Below the pieces are notes generated by a model, which saw only the letters and a program-made list of their open reading frames with translations, made no database searches and was not told where the DNA came from. From assembly GCA_963715145.1 (NCBI GenBank), contig CAVQRL010000002.1, positions 143,266 to 207,265 on the forward strand: a DNA stretch of 64,000 nt, read 5' to 3'. Origin of the DNA: an uncultured Actinomycetota bacterium (GTDB taxonomy: Bacteria > Actinomycetota > Actinomycetes > Mycobacteriales > Mycobacteriaceae). The position numbers and the translations under genes are program-made. Positions 39,853-47,798 of this stretch are shown here, piece by piece (within the stretch, counting starts at the first letter, position 1; each line of letters opens with the position of its first letter).

Positions 39853-42738
39853 GTGATCGCCAAGATCATCCGTCGGCTGGCCGTGCCCATCCTGCTGGCC
39901 TGGATGGCGCTGGCCGCTTTCACCAACACCTCGGTGCCGCCGCTGGAGAAGGTCGCCGAGGCGCACAACGTGGCGCTGTCGGCCAAGGACGCCCCGTCGC
40001 TGAAGGCGATGCTGCACATCGGAAAGGTGTTCGGCGAGTTCGAGTCCGACAACGCGGCCATGATCGTCATCGAAGGCGACCAACCGCTGGGCGCCGAGGC
40101 GCACGCCTACTACGACACCCTCATCGACCGGATGTCGGCAGATACCAAACACGTCTCGCATATCCAGAACTTCTGGGGCGACCCGCTGACCGCGGCCGGC
40201 TCGCAGAGCCCCGACGGCAAGGCCGCCTACACCCAGGTGTTCCTGGTCGGCAACCAGGGCGAGGGTGCGGCCAACGAGTCGATCCAGGCGCTGCGCGACA
40301 TCGTCGAGAAGTCCGTGCCGCCGCCCGGGGTCAAGGCCTACGTCACCGGTCTGTCCCCGCTGGTCTCCGACCAATTCAACGTGGGCTCAAAGAGTTCCAA
40401 GAAAGTCACCCTGATCACCTTCGCAGTGATCGCGGCGATGCTGCTGTGGGTCTACCGCCGCATCACCACCGTGGTGCTCACCCTGGTGATCGTCGCCATC
40501 GAGGTGGCCTCCGCGCGCGGGGTGGTCGCGGTGCTGGCGCACAACGACATCATCGGCCTGTCGGTGTATTCGACGAACCTGCTGACATTGCTGGCGATCG
40601 CCGCCGGCACCGACTACGCGATCTTCCTCACCGGCCGGTTCCAGGAGGCCCGGCACGCCGGGGAGAACCGAGAGCAGGCCTACTACACCGCCTATCGGGG
40701 CACGGCCCACGTGGTGCTGGGTTCCGGGCTGACCATCGTCGGCGCGGTCTACTGCCTGAGCTTCACCCGGCTGCCCTACTTCAACAGCCTCGCGGTGCCC
40801 GCCGCCATCGGCATCTCGGTGGTGCTGCTGGCCGCCCTCACCCTGGCCCCGGCCATCCTGATGCTGGGTGGCTTCCTGGGGGTGTTCGACCCCAAGCGGG
40901 CGATGCGCACCCAGGGCTGGCGGCGCATCGGCACCGCGGTGGTGCGCTGGCCCGGCCCGGTGCTGGCGGTGTCGGTGGGTGTGGCGCTGATCGGGCTGGT
41001 GGCCCTGCCCGGCTACAAGACCAGCTACGACGTCCGCCCGTACCTGCCGGCCAGCACCCCGGCCAACGTCGGCTACGCGGCGGCCGAACGGCACTTCTCC
41101 GCCGCACGGCTCAACCCCGAGTTGCTGATGATCGAAACCGACCGCGACCTGCGCAACCCGGCCGGCATGCTGATGCTGGAGAAGGTGGCCAAGGCGGTCT
41201 TCCAGGCGCCCGGGGTGGCGATGGTGCAGTCCATCACCCGGCCGCTGGGCAGCCCGCTGGACAACTCCTCCATCCCGTTCCAGATGAGCCTGCAGAGCAC
41301 GTTGCAGGCCGAGACCCTGCCCTTCCAGCAGGCGCGTGCGCAGGACCTGCTCACCCAGGTCGCCGAGATCACCAATTCGATCGACCTGCTCAAGCAGCAG
41401 ATGGCACTGCAGCAGCAGCTCAGCGACGCCACCCTCGACCAGGCCGAGAAGTTCGATGAAACCTCCGCCACCGTCAAGGGGCTGCGCGACAAGGTGGCCA
41501 ACGTCGATGACTTCCTGCGGCCGATCCGCAACTACTTCTACTGGGAACCGCACTGCTACAACATCCCGGTCTGCTACACGTTCCGATCGCTGTTCGACGC
41601 CCTCGACGGGGTCGACAAACTCAGCGACCAGTTGGACGAGGTCACCGCAGCGCTGGACAGGATGACCGCGCTGCAGCCGCAGATCCTCGAACTCATCCCG
41701 CAGCAGCTGGCGATCCAGGAACGCAGTAAAGCGTTGGTGGAGAACAACTATTCGACGCAGTCCGGCCTGCTGCAGCAGTCCAGGGAGGCGCTGGACAACA
41801 CCGCCGCGATGGGCAAGGCGTTCAACGAGGCCAAGGACGACAGCTCCTTCTACCTGCCGCCGGAGGTGTTCGACAACCCCGAGTTCAAGCGCGGGTTGTC
41901 GATGTTCCTGTCCCCGGACGGCAAAGCCGCCCGGATGATCATCACCCTGGACACCGATCCGGCCACCCCGCAGGGCATTTCCTACGTCGACGGGATCGAC
42001 AAGTCGGTGCGGCAGGCCATCAAGGGCACGCCGCTGGCCGGGTCGGACGTCTACCTGGCCGGCACCGCGTCGACCTTCAAGGACATCCAGTACGGCGCCA
42101 AGTACGACCTGTTGATCGCCGGCATCGCCGCGCTGAGCCTGATCCTGCTGATCATGATGTTCATCACCCGCAGCCTGGTCGCGGCGTTGGTGATCGTCGG
42201 CACCGTCGCGCTGTCCCTGGGGGCCTCCTTCGGCCTGTCGGTGCTGGTGTGGGAGAAGTTGCTCGGCATCGACCTGTACTGGATCGTGTTGGCGCTGGCC
42301 GTGATTCTGCTGCTGGCCGTCGGCTCGGATTACAACCTGCTGCTGATATCCCGGTTCAAGGAGGAGATCCACGCCGGCCTCAACACCGGCATCATCCGGT
42401 CGATGGCGTCGACCGGGGCGGTGGTCACCGCCGCCGGCCTGGTGTTCGCCGCCACCATGGGCTCGTTCGTCTTCTCCAACCTGCGGGTGCTCGGCCAGAT
42501 CGGCACCACCATCGGGTTGGGCCTGCTCTTCGACACCCTGGTGGTGCGCTCCTTCATGACACCGGCCCTCGCGGCGCTGTTGGGCCGGTGGTTCTGGTGG
42601 CCGATGAAGGTCCGGCCCCGGCCGGCCAGTGCCATGCTGCGCCCGTACGGCACCCGCCCGTCGGTGCGCGAACTGCTGCACGAGGACGACGACGACACCG
42701 AGATCCGCTCCCCGGCAGCGCCGGCCAACGAGCCTTAG
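39853..42738 (+). CDS. mmpL: MmpL family RND transporter (MmpL4/5-like)
   Basis: FWGDPLTAAGSQSPDGKAAY, AAGTDYAIF, RNYFYWEPHC, VGSDYNLLL, LGRWFWWP. Confidence 0.95.
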   Translation: MIAKIIRRLAVPILLAWMALAAFTNTSVPPLEKVAEAHNVALSAKDAPSLKAMLHIGKVFGEFESDNAAMIVIEGDQPLGAEAHAYYDTLIDRMSADTKHVSHIQNFWGDPLTAAGSQSPDGKAAYTQVFLVGNQGEGAANESIQALRDIVEKSVPPPGVKAYVTGLSPLVSDQFNVGSKSSKKVTLITFAVIAAMLLWVYRRITTVVLTLVIVAIEVASARGVVAVLAHNDIIGLSVYSTNLLTLLAIAAGTDYAIFLTGRFQEARHAGENREQAYYTAYRGTAHVVLGSGLTIVGAVYCLSFTRLPYFNSLAVPAAIGISVVLLAALTLAPAILMLGGFLGVFDPKRAMRTQGWRRIGTAVVRWPGPVLAVSVGVALIGLVALPGYKTSYDVRPYLPASTPANVGYAAAERHFSAARLNPELLMIETDRDLRNPAGMLMLEKVAKAVFQAPGVAMVQSITRPLGSPLDNSSIPFQMSLQSTLQAETLPFQQARAQDLLTQVAEITNSIDLLKQQMALQQQLSDATLDQAEKFDETSATVKGLRDKVANVDDFLRPIRNYFYWEPHCYNIPVCYTFRSLFDALDGVDKLSDQLDEVTAALDRMTALQPQILELIPQQLAIQERSKALVENNYSTQSGLLQQSREALDNTAAMGKAFNEAKDDSSFYLPPEVFDNPEFKRGLSMFLSPDGKAARMIITLDTDPATPQGISYVDGIDKSVRQAIKGTPLAGSDVYLAGTASTFKDIQYGAKYDLLIAGIAALSLILLIMMFITRSLVAALVIVGTVALSLGASFGLSVLVWEKLLGIDLYWIVLALAVILLLAVGSDYNLLLISRFKEEIHAGLNTGIIRSMASTGAVVTAAGLVFAATMGSFVFSNLRVLGQIGTTIGLGLLFDTLVVRSFMTPALAALLGRWFWWPMKVRPRPASAMLRPYGTRPSVRELLHEDDDDTEIRSPAAPANEP

Positions 42739-42739
42739 G

Positions 42740-42787
42740 TTTCCCCGACCGAAGCGCGGCGGGCGGGTTAGGCTCCCGGTGGGGAAA
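42740..42787 (+). terminator. Imperfect hairpin downstream of mmpL
   Basis: TTTCCCCGACCGAAGC ... GCTCCCGGTGGGGAAA arms. Confidence 0.4.
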
Positions 42788-42812
42788 TTCCGACTGGTTG
42801 AAGGTGATCTCG

Positions 42813-44237
42813 ATGAGTCTCACGACAGATGTGGCCGCCACGTTTCCTGCCCACGACCCCGCCGGCTGGCGACAGCTGCCCCGGTCCTACACCCCGCTGA
42901 ACCATGACCGGGTCGCCGCACTCATGGCCAAGGAGTGGGAGCGCTTCGCCAAGGTCACTCCCGGCTCGGCCGACCACGCGGCGCGGTCGGTCAAGACCCT
43001 GCCGCTGGGTGTGACCAGCAGCTTCCAGTACTGGGATCCCTACCCGATGGCGGTGAAATCCGCCCGCGGCGCCTACGTCACCGACTGCGACGACCGCCAG
43101 GTGCTGGACCTGTCGATGGGCTTCGGCGCGATGCTCGTCGGCCACCTCAACCCCACCGTGGTCGCCAGGGTCAAGGAGTTCCTCGACGACATCGGCACGC
43201 TGTTCGTCACCCCGTCGCCGATCTCCACCGACGTCGCCGAGCGGTTCAAGGAGCGCTTCGGCGTGGACATGCTGCGGTTCACCAACTCCGGCACCGAGTC
43301 GACGATGTACGCGGTGCGCGTCGCCCGCGCCTACACCGGCCGCAAAGCCATCATCAAGATCGAGGGCGGCTATCACGGCGGCTACGACGGCCTGTCGGTC
43401 TCGGTCAAGCCCGGTATCGACGAGATCGGTCCCGCCGACGATCCGATCCCGCAGGTTCCCTTCGACGTCGAGGCCGGTGTGGTGCACACGGTGGCCTACA
43501 ACGATCTCGGTCAGATGGAGCGCAAGCTGGCCGCCCACGCCAAGGACGTCGCCTGCGTGGTGATGGAACCGGTGATCGAGAACCTCGGCATCGTGCTGCC
43601 CGACGCCGGCTACGTCGCCGGGGTGCGCAAATTGTGCGACGACCACAACGTGCTGCTGATCTTCGACGAGGTCAAGACCGGTCTGACCGCCGGCGCCCGC
43701 GGCGCCGCCGCGCGCCTGGGCGTCAAGCCGGACCTGATCACCCTGGCCAAGTCCATCGGCGGCGGTCTGCCGCTGGCCGCGTTCGGCGGCACCGAGGAGG
43801 TCATGCAGGTCGTCGTCGACAACCGGATGGCGCACTTCGGCACCTACAACGGCAACCCGCTGTGCATGGCAGCGGCCATCGGGGTCGACGAGGTCGCCAC
43901 CGATCAGGCGCTGGCCGCGGCCGAGCAGGTCAACGACAACGCCATGGAAGCCATGGACGCCATCATCCGGGAGTACGAACTGCCGGCCCACACCGTCGGC
44001 TTCGGCGTCAAGGGTGCGGTGACCTGGTCGCCGACCCCGATCCGCAACTACCGCGACTACAAGCTGGCCACCGACTTCGAGGTCGCCGAGCTGGGCTGGC
44101 TGTGGGGCATCAACCGGGGCATCCTGACGCCTCCCGGAATGGACGATCAGTGGCTGGTGTCGCTGGCCCACACCGACGCCGATATGGGCAAGTGGGTCGA
44201 CGCCTTCGGCGAACTTGCCAAGGAGTTGCGCGCCTGA
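42813..44237 (+). CDS. Class III PLP aminotransferase (glutamate-1-semialdehyde aminomutase-like paralog)
   Basis: NSGTEST, GGYHG, IFDEVKTG, TLAKSIGGGLP, GTYNGNP. Confidence 0.9.
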   Translation: MSLTTDVAATFPAHDPAGWRQLPRSYTPLNHDRVAALMAKEWERFAKVTPGSADHAARSVKTLPLGVTSSFQYWDPYPMAVKSARGAYVTDCDDRQVLDLSMGFGAMLVGHLNPTVVARVKEFLDDIGTLFVTPSPISTDVAERFKERFGVDMLRFTNSGTESTMYAVRVARAYTGRKAIIKIEGGYHGGYDGLSVSVKPGIDEIGPADDPIPQVPFDVEAGVVHTVAYNDLGQMERKLAAHAKDVACVVMEPVIENLGIVLPDAGYVAGVRKLCDDHNVLLIFDEVKTGLTAGARGAAARLGVKPDLITLAKSIGGGLPLAAFGGTEEVMQVVVDNRMAHFGTYNGNPLCMAAAIGVDEVATDQALAAAEQVNDNAMEAMDAIIREYELPAHTVGFGVKGAVTWSPTPIRNYRDYKLATDFEVAELGWLWGINRGILTPPGMDDQWLVSLAHTDADMGKWVDAFGELAKELRA

Positions 44238-44271
44238 TCGGTGCGGGTAACCCGGCGGATCGTCGCCGGGG

Positions 44272-44313
44272 AGATTAATTCGCTTGTGCCGGTGGCGCGG
44301 CGCCCACTACCCT
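44272..44313 (+). promoter_or_regulatory. WhiB7-type promoter (AT-rich box, -35, -10)
   Basis: AGATTAATT, then TTGTGC (44284-44289), 18-nt spacer, TACCCT (44308-44313). Confidence 0.72.
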
Positions 44314-44345
44314 CGGCAGCGACGTTTCCACGACTCGAGGAAGGC

Positions 44346-44438
44346 ATGCCGATGTTCGCCGCCGCCGCTGCGCGTCATGCCGCTGCCGGTGCGCGCCATG
44401 CCGCCGCCCGGGAGTCCGTGGACCCCGACGTCACCTAG
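44346..44438 (+). CDS. whiB7 leader peptide (uORF, 30 aa)
   Basis: GAGGAAGG SD; MPMFAAAAARHAAAGARHAAARESVDPDVT* ends just before the attenuator. Confidence 0.72.
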   Translation: MPMFAAAAARHAAAGARHAAARESVDPDVT

Positions 44439-44454
44439 ACGAACCCGAACCTCG

Positions 44455-44485
44455 GGCCACGGACACGACGTCCGTGGCCTTTTTT
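44455..44485 (+). terminator. whiB7 attenuator terminator
   Basis: GGCCACGGAC-ACGAC-GTCCGTGGCC followed by TTTTTT. Confidence 0.88.
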
Positions 44486-44516
44486 GTTGTCCGTGCCCAG
44501 AAGAGAGGTGAATCCC

Positions 44517-44774
44517 ATGTCCGAGTCCCGGCCCGATGAATCCCTGCTGCCGTGCCACGCCGCCGACGCCGACCTGTGGTTCGCCGAGGATCCGGCCGAT
44601 CTCGAGCAGGCCAAGGCGCTGTGCGGCGCCTGCCCGATCCGCCGGGCCTGCCTGGCCGACGCCCTGCAGCGTGCGGAACCGTGGGGCGTGTGGGGCGGGG
44701 AGATCCTGGAGCGCGGGATGGTCCTGGCCCGCAAGCGGCCCCGGGGGCGTCCGCGCAAGGACGTCGCGGCCTGA
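44517..44774 (+). CDS. whiB7: Transcriptional regulator WhiB7
   Basis: PCH..DLWFAE..AKALCGACPIRRACL..EPWGVWGGE; AT-hook RPRGRPRK. Confidence 0.95.
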   Translation: MSESRPDESLLPCHAADADLWFAEDPADLEQAKALCGACPIRRACLADALQRAEPWGVWGGEILERGMVLARKRPRGRPRKDVAA

Positions 44775-44841
44775 CGCGACGTAGACCGGCGGCGACGTCG
44801 CGCACACCCGCGCCGCAACCACGGCGTGCGGCGAGCGGGCT

Positions 44842-46170
44842 TTAGATCACCGGTTCCGGCTCGGCGAACCCCGGAATCAGCCGCTCGGCCATTTCCCGAA
44901 CGGGCACATGGCAATCCAGTTGGCAGGAGATCGCGACGTTGGAGGCGATCACCCGCAGCGGGATCGCCAGGCCGGGGGGCAGATCCATCTGCCGGGCCAC
45001 CTTGATGTTCTGCGGGGTGCGTTCCATGTTGGCCGCGGCGTGGCGTTGCAGCCACTTGCGGGTGTAGTGGAACACCGGCACCTGGACGGGTTCGACGTAC
45101 TGGGCCAGCATCTCGTCGACGTCCTCGACCGAGATCTGCTCGCCCTTCTGGATGAAGCCCACTTTCTCCATGGTGGGCATCAGCAGGTCGTAATTGCGTT
45201 CCATGGCCAGCCGGATCATCATGCCCATCTCGATCGGCAGGCCGTCGGGCAGCGGGGCCACCGCGCCGAAGTCGATGACGACCATCCGGCCGTCGTCGCG
45301 CAGCATGAAGTTTCCGGGGTGGGCATCGCCATGCATCATGCCCACCCGGGCCGGGGCGTCGAACGTCAGCTCGAAAAGCCTTGTGCCGCAGAGGTCACGC
45401 TCATCCTGGGTGCCGTTGCGGATGATCTCCGCGAGTGGCTTGCCCTCGATCCACTCGCTGACGACCACCTTCGGCGCGCTGCCGACGATGTGCGGGATCG
45501 CGAAGTGCGGATGCCCTTCGTAGCCCTTGGCGAACGCCCGCTGGTTGTTGGCCTCCAGCCGGTAGTCGAGTTCCATCTCGGTGCGCTCGACGAGTTCGTC
45601 GACCACGCTCTGCACATCGGCTCCGGGCGCGAGCTGCTTGAGCACACCGGTGAGCCGGCGCATGGTCTTCAGGTCGGCGCGCAGCGCCTCGTCGGCGCCG
45701 GGGTACTGGATCTTGACGGCCACCTCGCGGCCGTCGCGCCACACTCCCTTGTGCACCTGCCCGATGCTGGCCGAGGCCACCGGGTCGTCGTCGAAGGAGG
45801 TGAACCGGTCGCGCCACTTGGTGCCCAGCTGCGCGTCGAGCACGCGGTGGACCTTGGCCGCCGACAGCGGTGGGGCGTCCTTCTGCAGCTTGGTCAGCGC
45901 CTCCCGGTAGGGCTCGCCGAACTCCTCGGGGATGGCGGCCTCAAGCACCGACAGCGCCTGGCCCACCTTCATGGCCCCGCCCTTGAGTTCGCCGAGGACG
46001 GCGAAGAGCTGATTGGCGGCTTTCTCCATCAGTTCGGCGTTGACCTCGTCCCTGGACTTGCCGGTCAGCCGCTTGGCTGCGCCCAGCGCGGCCCGCCCGG
46101 CAATGCCGACCGGAATGCTGGCCAGCTTTGCGTTGCGGCGGGCACTCCCGCGCTTGATGTCATCAGCCAC
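44842..46170 (-). CDS. ABC1/UbiB atypical kinase (Rv3197-like)
   Basis: KGGAMKVGQ, ASASIGQVH, VAVKIQYPG, ELDY, HGDAHPGN, IDFG. Confidence 0.93.
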   Translation of the reverse strand: MADDIKRGSARRNAKLASIPVGIAGRAALGAAKRLTGKSRDEVNAELMEKAANQLFAVLGELKGGAMKVGQALSVLEAAIPEEFGEPYREALTKLQKDAPPLSAAKVHRVLDAQLGTKWRDRFTSFDDDPVASASIGQVHKGVWRDGREVAVKIQYPGADEALRADLKTMRRLTGVLKQLAPGADVQSVVDELVERTEMELDYRLEANNQRAFAKGYEGHPHFAIPHIVGSAPKVVVSEWIEGKPLAEIIRNGTQDERDLCGTRLFELTFDAPARVGMMHGDAHPGNFMLRDDGRMVVIDFGAVAPLPDGLPIEMGMMIRLAMERNYDLLMPTMEKVGFIQKGEQISVEDVDEMLAQYVEPVQVPVFHYTRKWLQRHAAANMERTPQNIKVARQMDLPPGLAIPLRVIASNVAISCQLDCHVPVREMAERLIPGFAEPEPVI

Positions 46171-46299
46171 GCCACCATCATCCCCGACCGGGCTGGTGGG
46201 TCAACGTGTTTGGGGTCATCGGTTTCCCATTGGTCACCGGCTCCGGGGTGCGGGGATCTTCCGGGGAGCCTCCGACCTCCTGGGTAACGCCGGCGAGGC

Positions 46300-46356
46300 C
46301 TCGTGCGGACCGCCGGCAGGGCTCGTGCGGACCGCCGACGGGCCTCGTCCGGACCA
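46300..46356. repeat. 22-nt tandem repeat, about 2.6 copies
   Basis: CTCGTGCGGACCGCCG unit starting at 46300 and 46322, degenerate third copy at 46344. Confidence 0.75.
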
Positions 46357-46695
46357 CTAATACTTTTGCCCGCCTCCGAGCGACAACGACTCCACTGTCT
46401 CCCGCAGCGCGATGACCCGGCAGATGATCCGGTGCTCGGTGGAGCGTGGCATCTCCCCGGCGCTGTACAGGCCGCGGCCGCGCCGAATGACCCTGCCGCG
46501 ACGCCGTTCCCAACGAAGAGCGTCCGAGACCGTCTTGGACGGCCGCCCGGCCACGGCGAATCCCCAATCCCGCAGAGCCGCAATGAGTTCGGGGACGGTG
46601 GCGGGGCCGATCACCACGATCAGCCGGACCAGGACATAGCGCAGTTCGGTGCCACGCAGCAGATAGCGGCGGTCGTCGGTTGCCCTGTCGTTCAT
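46357..46695 (-). CDS. Hypothetical basic protein, probable winged-helix fold
   Basis: GPATVPELIAAL..RPSKTVSDALRWERRRGRVIRRGRGLY helix-wing pattern. Confidence 0.68.
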   Translation of the reverse strand: MNDRATDDRRYLLRGTELRYVLVRLIVVIGPATVPELIAALRDWGFAVAGRPSKTVSDALRWERRRGRVIRRGRGLYSAGEMPRSTEHRIICRVIALRETVESLSLGGGQKY

Positions 46696-46770
46696 GAGTA
46701 GTCCGTCCAGTCATCGATGGCGGGTCCGCCGCGCACCGTCCTCAAGGCCTTTGTCGCTCGGAGGTGGGCA
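46367..46770. repeat. 20-bp inverted repeats bracketing the small ORF
   Basis: TGCCCGCCTCCGAGCGACAA (46367-46386) and TTGTCGCTCGGAGGTGGGCA (46751-46770), 19/20 complementary. Confidence 0.85.
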
Positions 46771-46776
46771 CAAATG

Positions 46777-47763
46777 TCAGTGCTCCGGAACTGCGCCGGG
46801 CGCCACGGGGGGACCGGGGCCGGGACCGCTGCCCGCCGGGGACCGCGGCCCGGGCCAGCACCCGCACAGCGGATGACGCACCCAACGCCGCGCCCGGATG
46901 GTCGCGGTGGCGATATCCACTTCGACGGTCGCGTTGAGCGTCGCCGGGGGAGCCGGGGGAGCCGGGGGAGCCGGGGGAGCCGGGGAAGCCGGGGAAGCCG
47001 GGGAAGCCGACCGACCCGGGGGAGCCGCCGGCCCGGCGCACCCCCGCACCGCGGCGATGATCTGCTGCACCTGGCTCAGCGCCAGGCCCGCGGTGGCCAG
47101 CAGCGTCGGCCGGTCCGCGGTGCCGACCACCTCACGAAGCTGGGCGGCCAGCGCCGGCCAGGCCGGGTCGCGGTCGGTGCGGTGCAGGTCCGCACAGCTC
47201 AGGCAGCTGCTCAGCCCGGGGATCACCAGCGGCCCCACCACCCCGGTGCCGTCGCGCACCCGCACCGGCAGGTGCGCCACACCGGCACCCTGCAGGTCGC
47301 GTACCAGCCGCGGGTCGGCGGCCAGCGTGTCGGCCAGCACCACCAGGTCCACCCCGGCGGCCACCCCGGCGGCGGTGGCGTGGCTGCTCCGGCTCACCCG
47401 CGCCCCCGAGCAGCGCAGCCCCTCGACCAGCAACTCCGACAGCGGCCCGTCGCCGTGCACCCGGATCGACAGCGCCCGCCGGCCGCCGTCCCCGTCCTCG
47501 AACCGCAGCACCCCCGCCGCCACCAGACCGTCGAGCAGACCGTCCACCGCGGCCGCGTCGGACACCCCGCGGGCACGGGCCAGTCGCCGCATCGCCTCCA
47601 CCGGCATCGGCGCACTCAACGCCCGCAGCAGCCCGGCCAGCCCGCCAGGCGTCAAACCCGTTGGCGGACTAACCAATACCGCGCGGGAGGGATCCCACCC
47701 GATCTGCACCGCGCCGTCGGGGCGCAGCAGCACCGGCATCACCGGATCAAGGGCGTACCGCAC
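46777..47763 (-). CDS. ThiF/TOMM cyclodehydratase-scaffold-like protein (Rv3196-like)
   Basis: VLLRPDGAVQIGWDP, HLPVRVRDGTGVVGPLVIPG.SSCLSCADLHR.DRDPAWP, RHPLCGC. Confidence 0.85.
   Translation of the reverse strand: MRYALDPVMPVLLRPDGAVQIGWDPSRAVLVSPPTGLTPGGLAGLLRALSAPMPVEAMRRLARARGVSDAAAVDGLLDGLVAAGVLRFEDGDGGRRALSIRVHGDGPLSELLVEGLRCSGARVSRSSHATAAGVAAGVDLVVLADTLAADPRLVRDLQGAGVAHLPVRVRDGTGVVGPLVIPGLSSCLSCADLHRTDRDPAWPALAAQLREVVGTADRPTLLATAGLALSQVQQIIAAVRGCAGPAAPPGRSASPASPASPAPPAPPAPPAPPATLNATVEVDIATATIRARRWVRHPLCGCWPGPRSPAGSGPGPGPPVAPGAVPEH
46943..47008. repeat. In-frame 9-nt tandem repeat (GCCGGGGGA / GCCGGGGAA)
   Basis: About 7 copies encoding SASPASPASPAPPAPPAPPAPPA in the Rv3196-like gene. 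Confidence 0.85.
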
Positions 47764-47798
47764 CGGCTGACTGTGTCACCGCCGCCGGTGCTCGCGAC

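Noticed and set aside
46300-47008. Possible CRISPR array
   Set aside because: The repeats are tandem without unique spacers, and there are no cas genes in the window
46777-47763. RiPP (TOMM) biosynthetic cluster
   Set aside because: Conserved stand-alone Rv3196-like gene; no YcaO, dehydrogenase or precursor peptide nearby
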